From Octopus sinensis (Eukaryota): a stretch of 64,000 nt of DNA. The notes below the pieces were generated by a model, which saw only the letters and a program-made list of their open reading frames with translations, had not been told where the DNA came from and made no database searches. Numbering within the stretch: the stretch's first letter is position 1; each line of letters opens with the position of its first letter. The position numbers and the translations under genes were made by a program. The stretch lies in the NCBI RefSeq assembly GCF_006345805.1, contig NC_042997.1, positions 82,336,001-82,400,000 on the forward strand. The letters run 5' to 3'. Of the stretch, positions 1-13,057 are shown piece by piece.

Positions 1-885
1 ACGGACACAAAAAGCACATATGCTTTGTGTAGCTCAACTGTAACCCAAGAAGTAATGATACAACTTTAAGATCGCCATAAATATTACATATGTGGTCCTT
101 ATATTTGATGAGTCTTAGCAGCAATTCTATTGATTTATAAACCTCATTAAAGCCAGTGACAAGTGCTACAGGTATTGAAAGTTTTTCATTGCTATTGTAT
201 AATAATACAGTTTTAAGGCTAGCTTTACTAGAGTCAATGAACAATCTCCATTTTTTGGATTATATCAAAAGCCTATCCTTTCCATCAGGCCACTGATAGA
301 GAAACAAACGTTTTCCTCCTGTAAGTAAAATGATGGTGAAAACTGCAGATGGCATTGACAGAAATGGGAAACTTTGGTGTATGTCTAGAGAAAATTTCAT
401 CTTTGACATCTGAAACCAAGCAATTCTACCTTTTCTTTCTGTTATTCCAATAAATGTGGGGAACTAGTTACATCTGGAACATACATGCCATCTTTCCTTA
501 TTTCTAGTGAAATCTTCAGATGAACTGATGTCTTCAACAACTGCTCTACTTGATTGTCACATAGCAACTGACTATTGGGCCATTACTATGCTCGTGACTC
601 AGTGTCGCCAACTTGGGATAAATTTTATTGAACAAAATCCTTAGAATTTTTATAAGTTGGCAAACAAAAATTCCTTTAACTTTGAAAAGCAAGTTTCATA
701 TTACTGGCATTAGGATGATTAAAACCAAAATCTTGATGTAGAAGGAAATTTTACTAAGTGATTTGCATCTTACTCAAAGCCTACAGATGATAGAAAAAAT
801 TTAATTATAGATTTGAAATCAGCATACTAAAATTAACTAGGAACACCTATTTGGTCTTCTGTAACAAAATCTTTGTTACCTAGTG
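1..885 (-). mobile_element. Degenerate DNA transposon (Chapaev3/CMC-like transposase relic), runs off the left edge of the window
   Basis: Minus-strand 253..1 translates without stops as (K)WRLFIDSSKASLKTVLLYNSNEKLSIPV...IYGDLKVVSLLLGLQLSYTKHMCFLC. Upstream, with stops and a frameshift, it reads KEKVELLGFRCQR*NFL. These motifs (WRLFIDSS, GDLKV..G....TK..CFLC) are recalled from Chapaev3-type transposases. A CAC-starting terminus (CACTAGGTAACAAAG) begins at 885 on the minus strand. Confidence 0.7.
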
Positions 886-1945
886 TAATTCACTTTTATT
901 CCATGCATCTCATTTCCATTTACCTTGCTATTGGGAAATTGTATATCATAAACCACTATCTCATCAACCAGCATAGATAAGAGGTTAAGCATTTGAAGAT
1001 ATCTTACAGGCTTACTTGAAAGCAATCCTGTAGGTTTAGACGTTTTATTACCTAACCTTCACAACTTTGGCTCTTAATTTGTAACTAAATATATTGTGTA
1101 CTCTTTGTGACAAGATATTAGCATTAATACTCATTGGTTGAGAGACTACCTTCTTAGCAAATACAAGTGCCAGTTGAAGATCTTGTTTACTGTTCTTTAT
1201 CAGATATCATAATTCCTTAATCAACAAAAGAAAAATACTACAAATGAATAAAAAACAAAAGCTTTTCGTTTTCTAGAACAGAATCTTGTTATTTAATAGC
1301 TCATTAAAAAAATAAAAACAATAAAAATAAAAGAAAAAATAACAGTCAGCTGTGGACGTTAAATGGACAAACAGCTTGCGGATCATAAATCCATATCTAC
1401 TAAAAGTAGAAAATAAAAATAACTGAGCAATCCAACAAGATAACTTTCTGTAGCTATTGACTGATTCTGTTAATGGATGCAAGCTCCAGCCTAGCAACAG
1501 ATGATATGGTGGAAGCTGTGTAGTGAATAGAGCAGCGTGATAGGCTTGCAAAGAGTAGTAGAATGGACTTAGCAAAGAGCAATAGTAGGAGTGAGTCTAT
1601 GTGATTTAGGAAGCTTCATGCCAAGTATATTTAGCCAAGAAAAAGAATGTTAGCAAGAAGCTTGACAATGTTCTTCCACATGATGAAATACATTTGAACT
1701 GAAAGGCAGTATACTTCTATAAATGAAGATGACAGGGAGAAGTGTGCATACTTTTTTGCAGTCCTAATAAAAGAGATGAGGAAGTGTCCATGAAATATTA
1801 ATGAATTAGCTTGTATAAGCAGGAGAGTCTAGCTTAAGTAGAACAGAATAGCTTTTATTGAGGTCAGTTGCACCATAATTAATAAAGCAATTAAAGGGGT
1901 AGAAGTAAAGATAGTTACAAGGGCATTGGAGATAGTTGCTGAAAT

Positions 1946-2273
1946 CTCTAAAGACTCCGCCGGTTACGACGACGAGGGTCCCAGCTGATACGATCAACGG
2001 AACAGCTTGCTCGTGAAATTAACGTGCAAATGGCTGAGCATTCCACAGACACGTGTACCCTTAACGTAGTTCTCGGGGATAATCAGCGTGACACAGAGAG
2101 TGACAAGGCTGACCCTTTGAAATACAAGTACAACTCATTTTTGCCAGCTGAGTGGACTGGAGCAACGTGAAATAAAGTGTCTTGCTCAAGGACACAACGC
2201 GTCGCCGGGAATCGAACTCACAACCTTACGATCATGAGCCGAATGCCCTAACCACTAAGCCACGCGCCCTCAC
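1946..2273 (-). mobile_element. tRNA-derived SINE, full length, with 12-bp target-site duplication
   Basis: The minus strand starts GTGAGGGCGCGTGGCTTAGTGGTTAGGG (A box) ... GTGAGTTCGATTCCC (B box), then TGTGTCCTTGAGCAAGACACTTTATTTCAC. It is flanked by the direct repeat AGTTGCTGAAAT at 1934-1945 and 2274-2285. Confidence 0.9.
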
Positions 2274-3485
2274 AGTTGCTGAAATAGTAAAAGTACCAAA
2301 AACATTATAATGGTGGTGGTGGTGGTGATGCAGAGGAAATGAGGAAGATAGGTGTTTTGTAGTCTCTGAGACAAATGTCTTATTCTACATTCAAAGTTCA
2401 GGTATTTAGAAAAAAAGGTAATGGCACTCTAAGGAAACACTTCAACAACACTTCATTCAGAAGGTATGTTACTTATTAAACACTGAATACAACCAGATAA
2501 CAGAAATGAATAGGTATCACGGTCTTCCTAGCTTACGGAGACATTATTATTCTTGAGGTGGAGGAATGGCAGAGCTTTGTGATCATATCTAATAGGTTTT
2601 TTTTTTTTATTCTTTTTATTTTATTCCTTCCAATTATGAGCTCATAGTTTATTGAGGCCAGATATATCTTTTGTCCATACAAAATCATTTACAAAAAATT
2701 ACCAGCAGCACACTTAAAGATGATTTAATTGATTGTATTTCTCCAAAAACTGGTCTTATTTGAAAGAAATGAAGTTGTTATAATCACCATTGTTTTTTGT
2801 TGGTTCATGAATTTAAAGAACCTCTGTGATTGCTTGTTCTGCTAGAAATAGCAGCCAAACTCCAAACAATAGCATAAAAAAATGTAGGACACATAGGATA
2901 ATTTAATCCTAAATATATTGTATGAAATTATCAATGTCTTGGTCCAACAGTTCACAGCTGACCTGTGACTAAACAACAATAGCAACAACTATTGATCCAC
3001 AAGTGATAACAGCTATGCAACAACTGGTTACTGAGCAACAATTATTTGAAGCTACTATTATAAATAAATCGTTTCTTAATGTCAAATCTTATTGACAAAC
3101 TTTTTTGAGTAAGAGTATCATAGTATAAAGGTTGTTAAATTTCAGATAAAATAGATTCATTGATATTGTAGCAAGACCCATTTCTGTTCTGACATTTTAT
3201 ATTCAACTAGCCTTAAATAGGCTCCACACGTTCATTTTTAATGATTGGGTATTTGACTTATCATGTGAGTTTGGAACATTTGGTTGAGTCTTGTATTTTG
3301 AATGGATGAGTATTGTACGGGATAAGGATCTCAGATCCAATCATGTTGTGCATAATACATCCTCAATTAATCTGAATCATTGCTGGACCCTTCCCTCTGC
3401 TTATATATAACTTTGTCAAATCATTTATGGGCAGTGAGGTGAGAGATTTCCTGGAGCACATGTTATAATATTATAATGAAGCACG

Positions 3486-6400
3486 TGTAACCACTGACAT
3501 CCAGGGTTGAATTATTCTAATGATGGATGAACTATACAACCAACAGAATTCGTGATGTGTTATTTGGTCCACTGTATAATTTAGAAGAGGAATAAAGTCT
3601 CACTGTTATTTAAAAGTTTGTTTCTTGTATCATTTCCACGAGTTAACATGCCACACCTCCTATATGGTTTGCAACACTCCATAGTAAACCAACAGAGACT
3701 TTATAACCAACCACAGCTAAAACTGGTGACCCCAACGTGATTACTTTCGCCAGCACATCTGACTGGATTCCTTCTTCAGCTCACCATTAAAACTGGTGAC
3801 CCCAAACAAACATTTGAATGACCACTGAACCAGCAACCATCCTACATAAGGTTACAGTTTTGTATAAACCACTGAAGTTCAAACACATTTTCCTGCAATG
3901 GACCTCCTAGAAATCTTGAATGACTATCATGCTCAATCATCTCCCTCTACTCTTGTGGACTTCAGGGCATTCTTTCATTTGGCTTGAAATAGCAGTTAAA
4001 TATGCCAGCAAGACATTTCAAGTTGCGTATTTGCCAGTTTTCTCTTTCTTTGAAATATGTTCTGTTATCAAATGCAGTACATCTTCACTGGTTCCTTCTG
4101 TTTCTTCCAACATGTCTGATAGCATCCCATTGCAGGCAGCTGTATCTTTTGTTTCCCCACCATTCACAGGAGACCCAGCCATTTGGTTTTCCCAGCTAGA
4201 AGCTAATTTTACAACTAACAACATTACCTTTGTCGCTAGACAGTTTCACTTGGTAGTTGGCGTATTACCATCTACCATATGTGGTGAGGCTAAAGACCTC
4301 ATCACAACCCAATTGGATCAGCCATCATATCTACATATGAAGACAGCAATTTTGAGGTGCACCTCCACATAGAAACAAAAGTGATATCATCAGCTCCTTC
4401 TTAAAGAAATTGTAGGAGATAAACATCTATCACAATTACTTCACTGTATGCATGACCTAGCAGGGAAAAATACTTTGGATGAAAATATGTTGTGGCAACT
4501 TTTATTTCCTGCCTTCCCACTAATGTGCACGCAATTTTGACTACTATAAGGGAACACAGTTCCATTCAACAGCTAGCAGGCTTAGCTGACAGTATAATGG
4601 ACATCTCTTCTTTGACTTCACATGGTGCAGAAAGTTATCTTTCAGTACACGTACAAGATAATGCAGATATTCATTTTCTAGACTGGAATTTTAGCACAAG
4701 CAGGGAGTAGACATCTTTCTGTTGGTATCATAACCATTTTGAATTCATGCACGTAAGTGTATTTCCCCTTGTGCCTTTACTCTGGTTATACAATACCAAG
4801 GAAACTCCCTTGTCAGAAATTAAATGCAGCTACATCTCTAGAAGGACCATCCACTTGTTGCATATTCTTTATCTACGATACCAATTCCAAGCAGCATTTG
4901 TTGGTAGACACAAGAGCAGTATGTAGTATTTGGCCTGTGAGTTTATTGACCAATTCACAGAGACAAATAGCTGTCACCTTACAGGCAGTAAATCACTCTC
5001 CAATTCATACTTTTGGTGAAAAGTCACTTACTTTGGATATTAATCTCCAATGACAATTTTGATGGGTTTTTATAGCTTTTATAGCCGACTTACCATACTC
5101 AATTCTTGTCGCAGATTTTTTGCACCATTTTAATCTTTTGGTTGATTTACAAAATAAGTGATTAATCAACTCAAGAACTCATCTCTCTGCACAAGCTCTT
5201 CTTCTGTCAGTCCACATTTTTTTTGTTCCATCTTCTAATCATTTCTACAAGCTTTTACTAAAATTTCTGGATATAACTTGGATGGTTTTTCATAACAAAA
5301 CTCCAGTGCAATAAGTAATGCACCATGTTATTACAATAAGACCCTTGATTGCATCCCATTCTCAACACCTAGCCACAGATAAGCAGTGAAGGAGGAATTT
5401 AGTCACATGTTGGACCTGGGTATTATTTATCATTCTAACAGTAATTGGTCATCTCCTTTACACCTCGTATCTAAAATGTCATGAGTTGGTGTCCCAGTGG
5501 AAACTGTCAATGTTTAAATGATTTAACAGTACCAGATAAATATCCTATTCTTCATATTCATGACTTTTCTGCATTGTTACATCACAGCACTATCTTTGCA
5601 GACTGATTTAGTGCATGCATATAACCAGATTCCGATTTAATCTGCGGGCATCCCTAAAACAGCTATAACTACTCTTTTTGGTTTGTGTGAATTTATTTGA
5701 ATGCCTTTCAGTCTACATAATGTTGTTAATACTTGTCAGAGATTTATCAACAAAGTCACACATAGTCTAGATTTTTTTCACTTAGAAGGGGAGCATGTGC
5801 TTTAGAACAACTTTTTACTTACCTGTCACAATATGGTGTGATAATTAATGCAAGTAAATGTGTTTTTGACATTTCTTCCATCACTTTTCTGGGATGTGCA
5901 ATTGATAAAGATGGATCTTTGTTACCGGATAAGATTGATGCTATTCATCATATTCCAATTCCTTCTTCTCTAACGAAGTTATGAGAAGTTCTTGGTTTAA
6001 TTAACTTCTATGGAAGACTTATTCCACATTGTACTGAGACAAATTTTTCCCTCACAGAACTTTTACATAATAGAAAGAAAAAAATGATCCTATATCATTA
6101 AATTCTACCCAACTGTAGTGTGTTCATCCCACACCAACTACAAGCTTTTGAGGATATTCAGGACAAGTTATCAAGAGTTACACTTTTGGCTCACCCTTAT
6201 CATTAATGATTGATGCATTAGATGTAGGAATTGGCAGTTTTGCAACAGCTTGTTCTTAATGTATGGCAACCACTTTCTCTTTTTTATTCTAAATTCCTCA
6301 AACTAGCAGAATCAATGTATAATACCTTCAGTAGAAAACTTTTGACTGTTGATTTAACCATTAAACATTTCTGGCATTTTCTTGAAGGTCAAAATTTTAT

Positions 6401-7790
6401 GATTTTCACCAACCATGAACCATTGACTTTTGTTCTATGGTCAAGAACAGATAAATATTCTCCCAAAGATTTATGACATTTGGATTTCATTTCACAATAC
6501 ACTATTGATATTCAGTATATCAAGGGTGCAGATAATTCTACAGCTAATGCCTTATCTTGCATACATATTCATACTTGATATACTCTAGATTCTATTGATT
6601 TGCAGCACATTGAGTTGGAGCAACAACAGGATGATGAATTATTGCATCTTCAATCGTGGGACTTCTTTAGACCTCCATCTACTACCACTACATTTTACAG
6701 ATTCTTCTATTTGGTGTGATATTTCTACTGGTATTTCCAGACCTTACATTCCTAAGAGTCATAGACAAATGTGCTTTTCAGTTCTTCATAATTTATCTCA
6801 TCCTGGTATTTCAGCAACAGCAAAATTAATTTCAAGTTGTTTCATGTGGCCCTGTATGCAAAAAGACATTCGTAATTGGGCACCCACTTGCAGACTGTAT
6901 CAGAAGGCTAAAGTTCAATGCCACATCATTGAACTTTTGTTACTCTAAGCACACATTTTAAACATAGATATTGGGTGTCCCTTGCTACCAGTTCAAGATA
7001 CTGTATATTTGTTGACCTGTATAGATCGTTTTTCTAGATGGCCTGGAACCATACCCATCAAGGACATTTCATCTCTCACAATTGCAAAGGCTCTTGTGAC
7101 TGGGTGGATTTCATGCTTTGGAGCTCCCCTCACCATAACTACTGATAGAGATAGACAATTTGAATTGAATCTTTTCACTGAACTTTCGAACTTGTTGGGT
7201 ACTTGGTGAATCCAAACCACCCCATATGTAATGGAATGATAGAGTATTTTCATTGTCAATTGAAAACAGCTCTACATGCTTATCCTGAGTTAGATGTTTG
7301 GTTAGAAGTATTACCAATTGTTTAATTAGGTCTTCAATCAGTTGTCAAGGAAGACCTAGGTTTTTCACCAGTGGAACTACTTTATGGTGCCTTTCTTACA
7401 TTACCTGGTCAGATGGTCACAAATAAAACTGCAGCTAACTGGAATTTTGATCCAGCAGACTGTGTTCATCGATTGCAAAAATACATGATGGAATTAACTC
7501 CTTTGGTAACCAAATCACAATCAATCAAGTCTTTTGTTCCACTAGACATTCATAAATGGACTCGTGTTTTCAATGACATTGTCAAGCAACCACTACGTTA
7601 GTCTTATACTGGCCCGTATCATGGAAAACATCAGACTATTAACATAGATCATGTGAAGCAGACTATTATTGATTCACCTTTCCGAGCAACAGTACCCACT
7701 TCCCCATCCATACCTACATCCACACATCCTATGCACACCCCTATCATAACAATAAGTTATTACACCCCTCGAGCTCAGGTAACCAAGAGT
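3486..7790 (+). mobile_element. Degenerate Ty3/gypsy LTR retrotransposon (gag-PR-RT-RH-IN, many stops and frameshifts, no 3' LTR seen)
   Basis: PBS TGGTGACCCCAACGTGATT (3724-3742) is complementary to the tRNA-Trp 3' end with 1 mismatch to the recalled sequence. Gag-like PPFTGDPAIWFSQLEANF (~4150-4210); protease-like LLVDTRAVCSIW (~4900); RT remnants at 5400-5900; RNase H motif HFWHFLEGQNFMIFTNHEPL; zinc-finger HNLSHPG...MWPCMQKDIRNW..C..Y; integrase YLLTCIDRFSRWP...ITTDRDRQF. The left boundary (TGTAAC at 3486) is a tentative 5' LTR start. Confidence 0.9.
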
Positions 7791-9153
7791 GGAAGAAAAG
7801 TTGCTCATACATACTATTCTTGATTACCTTGTGAATTTTAAAGACTTTCATGCTTAACTGTTTCACATTGAATTTTCTTTCCAGTTTTACAAACTTCGAG
7901 CCAATATTGCTCCAGAACCTAAACAGGTTCGTGTCAAAAAAGCAAAAATAAATCATTAGTTTGTTCTTTTTTTAATTTCAAAAATCAATAACAAAACTGC
8001 GTAAATATACAAAGGCATTTGCTATTGAAGAAAAATAATAACAATAACAATATGAAACCAATGAGGCTTTTGTAGGAAAAGTAAGAATAAAATTGCCAAA
8101 AGCTTGCAAAGTATCAGGTAGAATAAAAATAATAGAATATAAAATATAAATTTTTGTTCATTAATGTTGGATTCACTCAGAAAAGTGATCAACTTGTTAG
8201 TACAATAAACCAAAAAATAAAATAGAAGTCTGGGGAAACTGTTGTAGTCTGCCTCGGCGAAAATTATCCAAGCTCGTATATTTCATGTGGAGATGATAAT
8301 TTGGACATTTCAAACAAAATCCTACTGCCATCAATCTGCTTTACACAGATTGTCTGGAGATTCAAACATTTTTTCTCTCTCAAAGGAATTTACTCGAAAT
8401 GTTAGGATTTTTATGTTGCCACAGTATATGAACTTATCCAAATTAACGAACCTTGTTATTTTTACACGTGACGTAGTTTAAACAACAGCCTGCTTTCTGA
8501 TGTTTTAGGGCCTCAGTTTTGAAGCCCTACAGTAGCATGATGAATACAGATAGGACGGTCGAGAATAAAGCTACACATAGCTGTTAATATCCGAGTTCAA
8601 TGATTTAACTTTTTCGTAATACCAAGCTAAGTAAAATGGATTAAATAGATAAACACACACACAAAGTAAATGATTTTCAGCACCAATTCAAATGTTTTGT
8701 TTACTGCCTTATTATTATTATTTTTTAATAAGAAATTCTATTTAGCAACATATTTTAAAGAAAAGAATGAAAAAACATTAAAAATACAATTGATCAAAGT
8801 ATTGAGAAAAAACCCCAGGACTACCTTACCAAGAAGACAAATAAAAAGAAAATATGTGGGGGAGGGGTAGTAACAAAATATTCACTATCTGCTACCCTTC
8901 CGCCATACAATTTGATCAAGAAATATTTTAGGTTGTATAGCACAGATTAAGACTTCCCACCATATGATTCTAAAATTCTTTTTAAAGGGTACTTTTGAAT
9001 ACCACTACATTATGTAATGGTCGATTCAACTTGACATTAAAAGGAAGTTGGAGTAACAAGTGGTTAAGAAAAGACTGAAAAGACAGCTGCCCGTATCGGA
9101 CAAAAATAACATCTAACTTATCAAACAACATTTGACCTATTTTGCATTATTTA

Positions 9154-9501
9154 TATTCTTTTACTTGTTTCAGTCATTTGACTGCGGCCATGCTGGAGCA
9201 CCACCTTTTTTAGTCGAGTAAATCGACCCCAAGACTTATACTTCGTAAGCCTAGTATTTATTCTATCGGTGTCTTTTTGCCGAACCGCTAAGTTACGGGA
9301 AAGTAAACACTAGCATCGGATGTTAAGCGATGTTGTGGGGGACAAACACAGACAGACACACACACACACATATATATATATGACGGGCTTCTTTCAGTTT
9401 CCGTCTACCAAATCCATTCACAAGGCTTTGGTCGGCACGAGGCTATAGTAGAAGACACCCAAAGTGCCACGCAGTGGGACTGAACCCGGAACTATGTGGT
9501 T
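9154..9501 (-). mobile_element. tRNA-derived SINE (family with CAGTCATTTGACTGCGGCCATGCTGGAGCACC end), with internal microsatellite
   Basis: The same terminal block recurs at ~15650-15710 and 55985-56185, and on the + strand at ~52970-53285. A tRNA-like B-box remnant (GGACTGAACCCGGAAC on +) lies at the right end. Confidence 0.8.
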
Positions 9502-10830
9502 AAAAAAATCGTAAAACAGCGTATTGCATTTATCTTCTAAAATTTGTTAGGTTAATAGTTAATCAACTCTTTTCGTCAAGGTACCCGCTAATTTACAAAT
9601 AACCTAATAACTAGAACAAAATATAGTGGTATATTTGATAAGATAATGAGAAATGGAGGTGAACATTTCCACAGATAATGAGCAAGAACAAGGGAAAACG
9701 GGGGGAAGGACTGAATTAGAGTTTCCGATTTTTGATATTTTACATATTTCTCCAGATAAAACAAATTCCACTTATGAAGACCAAGTTTAGCTTCGTGGTT
9801 TAGATAGGTCATAATCATCAATGGAGTGAAAACTCCAACCAAAGTTAATCATTGACTGGCAGTGAAATTACTTCTTTCAGTTAGGTGTAAACACCTAGTG
9901 ATATAAATTAGGTATCATTAATTGGCAGGCAGTAATGTATGATTACAAATGTATAGCAAAATTAACAGGTTGTTAAGTATTCGAAAATAATATCTTTTAC
10001 ATGATTCGTAGAATACCAAAATTATTGTATAGCAGTATGTTCTATGTTAACTTAGAAATTTTATTTTAGTCAACTAAACACACTTTGATCAAAAAAAAAA
10101 GTAATAACATGTTCATATAAGTTCCATCAAAAGTTTGTGGTGGGTGTGACTTGAATACTAAGTTATGGAGTAAGCGTTGAATGTAAAACTTGGTTAAGCA
10201 AAGTCTCACAAGTAAATACAAAATATAAAGTCTAAGATATTTTCTTAAAATGAGGAAAGATCATTGCAATATTTTTTCCCTGCATTCAAACCATGAAAGA
10301 AGTAATAATTACCATATTTTAATGAAAATGTGTGCTTTGCGTGTAAAGAATATTTAAAACAAATTATCGATTTTAGCAAATTGGTCTCTGACAATTAAAT
10401 GTATTTGTTCGGCAAGTTCCGTATAAGATTTTTGTTTTTCAGTTTATTTTTGCAGCTGAACAGTGAAAAAAAAAGGTCCCACACACACATTCATTGTCTT
10501 ACTTTTGCACGAGCGACTTGAACAGACACGCACATGCTAACACACACTCACTGATACACATACATACATAAATATACACGTTTTCTGTTTTCACGAATCG
10601 CTTATGTTTATGTTTTTTGTCTATGTATGTGTTTGTGTTTATGTGCATGTTTGGATATTTGTGTGTATGTAAGCTGGAAAAAAAAAAAGTGAAGAAATAA
10701 AAATGTTTTATGGAACTTGCTAAGTAAATACTTGTAGTTTTCCGAGACCAAAAGCAATGGATTGCCGAAGAATAAGACAGAGTTTAGCATCATTAACAGT
10801 CTTCAGACTACAATCTAATCTTGAATTACA

Positions 10831-11000
10831 ATAAGCACAAGGACTGAAATTTTGAGGGAGGTGTTAAGTCGACCCTAGTTCTCAACTGGTATCATTTTGT
10901 CGACCTCGAAAAGATGAAAGGCAAAGTTAACCTCAGCAGGATTTGAACGCAGACGTAAAATCAGACGAAATACCGCAAAGCATTTCGTTCGGAGTGCTAC
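10831..11000 (-). mobile_element. SINE fragment, same family as 58002-58213 and 59541-59770
   Basis: Shares GATGAAAGGCAAAGT..ACCTC..CGGA.TTGAAC...CAGACGAAATACCGC with the 59541 copy. Confidence 0.75.
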
Positions 11001-11460
11001 AACTAGAATTCATGAACTTGTTCAGCAAAAAATATAAATTCAAATTTCTTATAAGTATATTTTTTTCTACTTCTTTTGCTTAGCTTATTTCTTAATTTTG
11101 CAAGATAACTTTTTTGTTTTGTTTGTACAATGAAAATATTTACATGGGAAAATAGCTTTGAATATTAAAAACATGACAACGATATCTGTCATCAAACAAA
11201 TTATTTGTAAAAGAGAACGTTAAGTAGATAAAAAAAAAAAAGGAACAGGAAATAATTGTACTTAGCTTAGAATAAAAGTAAAAATTATAATCAAAAAGTA
11301 AACGTAAAATCCAATTCCAAGGAAGCTGGTGAGAGGGTAGGCGAAAACGATAAAATCAAAACAAGTGTTGTTTGAGGAGAAAGTCTTCACTGAAACCAAA
11401 TATATTGACACTAATAAGTTATGTTGCCTCAACTTCCTGAAACAGGTAATTCTCAACGAA

Positions 11461-11912
11461 ATTTTCAAAAAATACCACTTAGATGCTGTAGATTCAGAGT
11501 ATATAGGGATTTATTTGTTTGTTTTTTCCGAGGGGTTTCGGAAATTTCACACGACCCGACTTTCTTCCCTCGTAAGTTTCAGGAAAATGGGAATCTTTCA
11601 GATCAGGAAGACCATATAAGTTGGAATTTCTCCATTTTGACGGGTATTTTTCCCTTTTCTTTTTTTCATGTAGCCTTCGAAATGATGGGGGAATCTTTTA
11701 GTGAAAAAAAGTTTTAAAAATGTATGATTGTTTTAATCATCCCTTCCCTCACCATCACAATCCGGTCCAATTTTTGTTGAAAAATATGAGGAAAAACAGT
11801 CGGGTCGTATAAATTTTCCGAAACTCTTCTCACCAACCCCTCGGATACATTCTTTCCCACAAATCCCTTTATACTTTGAATCTACAGCATCTAAGCGGTA
11901 TTTGTTGAAAAT
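11461..11912. repeat. Imperfect inverted repeat (foldback/MITE-like), ~450 bp
   Basis: TTCAAAAAATACCACTTAGATGCTGTAGATTCAGAGTATATAGGGATTT (from 11464) matches the reverse complement of ~11861-11909 with 4 mismatches. The inner arms CCGAGGGGTT...TTTCGGAAA...ACGACCCGACT also pair. Confidence 0.8.
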
Positions 11913-12205
11913 GTCTTTAATAATATGTAAAAGAACTCGGAATGTTGGGCCTCCAATCAGGCCTTTCGCAATATCCTTAAAGCCAGGAACTTTACAGCAC
12001 CTCCTCGTAAACTTGGAAATAAAACTACACTGAGATTAGAAAAAGTGCGTGTTTTGGAATTCAAAGTTCAGGAAAAAAACCTGGAATAAGTAAAGTACAT
12101 TAGGGTTATAATAGTTTCTCAAAAGTTGCATCATGTGTAAAAAGTATATCTGCACAATATTTAAGGCAAATATACATAATTCCATCGAATTCAATTGTAA
12201 ATTTA

Positions 12206-13057
12206 TTAATTTTTACGTTCGAAAAACATGAAATCTATCAGAAAGAGAGCTCCAATTATTGTTGCTTTCATTTTGACATCTAAATCCAATGGAAATGTAA
12301 CTCCAAAATTGTCTGCGTTTGTGAACATTTCATTGACAAAACCAGCATATTGTTTACTGATCGTTCCTATAGAGTTCGTTTCACTGTGATCCAAAACTTC
12401 AAACTTTTGATCCTGCAAACAGCAAGGACCGTCACAAATACAAATTGGTCCTTTGATTCGGAAAACAACATCATCATCGGGTGTGGTAATGTCGAACAGG
12501 GGTCGTATGAAGCTACAAGTTTGTTTTACTTTGCCAACTACTTGACCGACAGGAGCTTCAACTGTTACTTCAAAAGCACAATGTTTGGTATTGGCGCACC
12601 AACAACATCCAGCACAGCATTTGAATTCTCTAGTTATCCTCATAACTTCTTGTCCCATATTATCAGTTATGTGTATCACAAAACCTCGTGCAGGGCCGCA
12701 GCATTGACGCATGCATAAATCAGACTCTTCGCCTGCAAAATATACTTGTTGTCCAACTGAATTGATCATAATATATTTGTTAGCACATTCGAAGCTAGTT
12801 AATGCTTCTACGATTTCAACTTGCTGCTTCACCAAAAGTTGGTCAATCGTTGTCAAGTATTCTAAACCAGGTGGACAATTACTAACTGTTGGCCTGGTCA
12901 TCCACTGTTGAAACCCTTGAGCTTCCGGTTGTGGTCCATATCCTCCGGGTTGGGTTGAATAACCACCGGGTTGTGGTGCATATCCAACCGGCGGTGGTTG
13001 CTCGCTACCCTTACTTAAATCTGAAGTTCTGGGCTGTGTTGTTACTGGTGTCGACAT
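12206..13057 (-). CDS. PLSCR: Phospholipid scramblase, copy 1 (283 aa, CDS without introns)
   Basis: Uninterrupted ATG-TAA ORF with a Pro/Gly/Tyr-rich N-terminus, [16 protein letters not shown], Cys string CCAGCCWC, and C-terminal [33 protein letters not shown]. That C-terminus closely matches the recalled human PLSCR1 [34 protein letters not shown]. Confidence 0.96.
   Translation of the reverse strand: [283 protein letters not shown]

Noticed and set aside
2190-2273. tRNA genes at the SINE heads (also 20172, 57090 and 58002)
   Set aside because: They have A/B boxes but no complete cloverleaf with acceptor stem, and they run directly into SINE bodies.
3920-4104. Extended N-terminus of the gypsy gag ORF
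   Set aside because: Gag-like similarity starts only at MSDSIPLQ (~4102). The element is full of stops, so no functional CDS is called.
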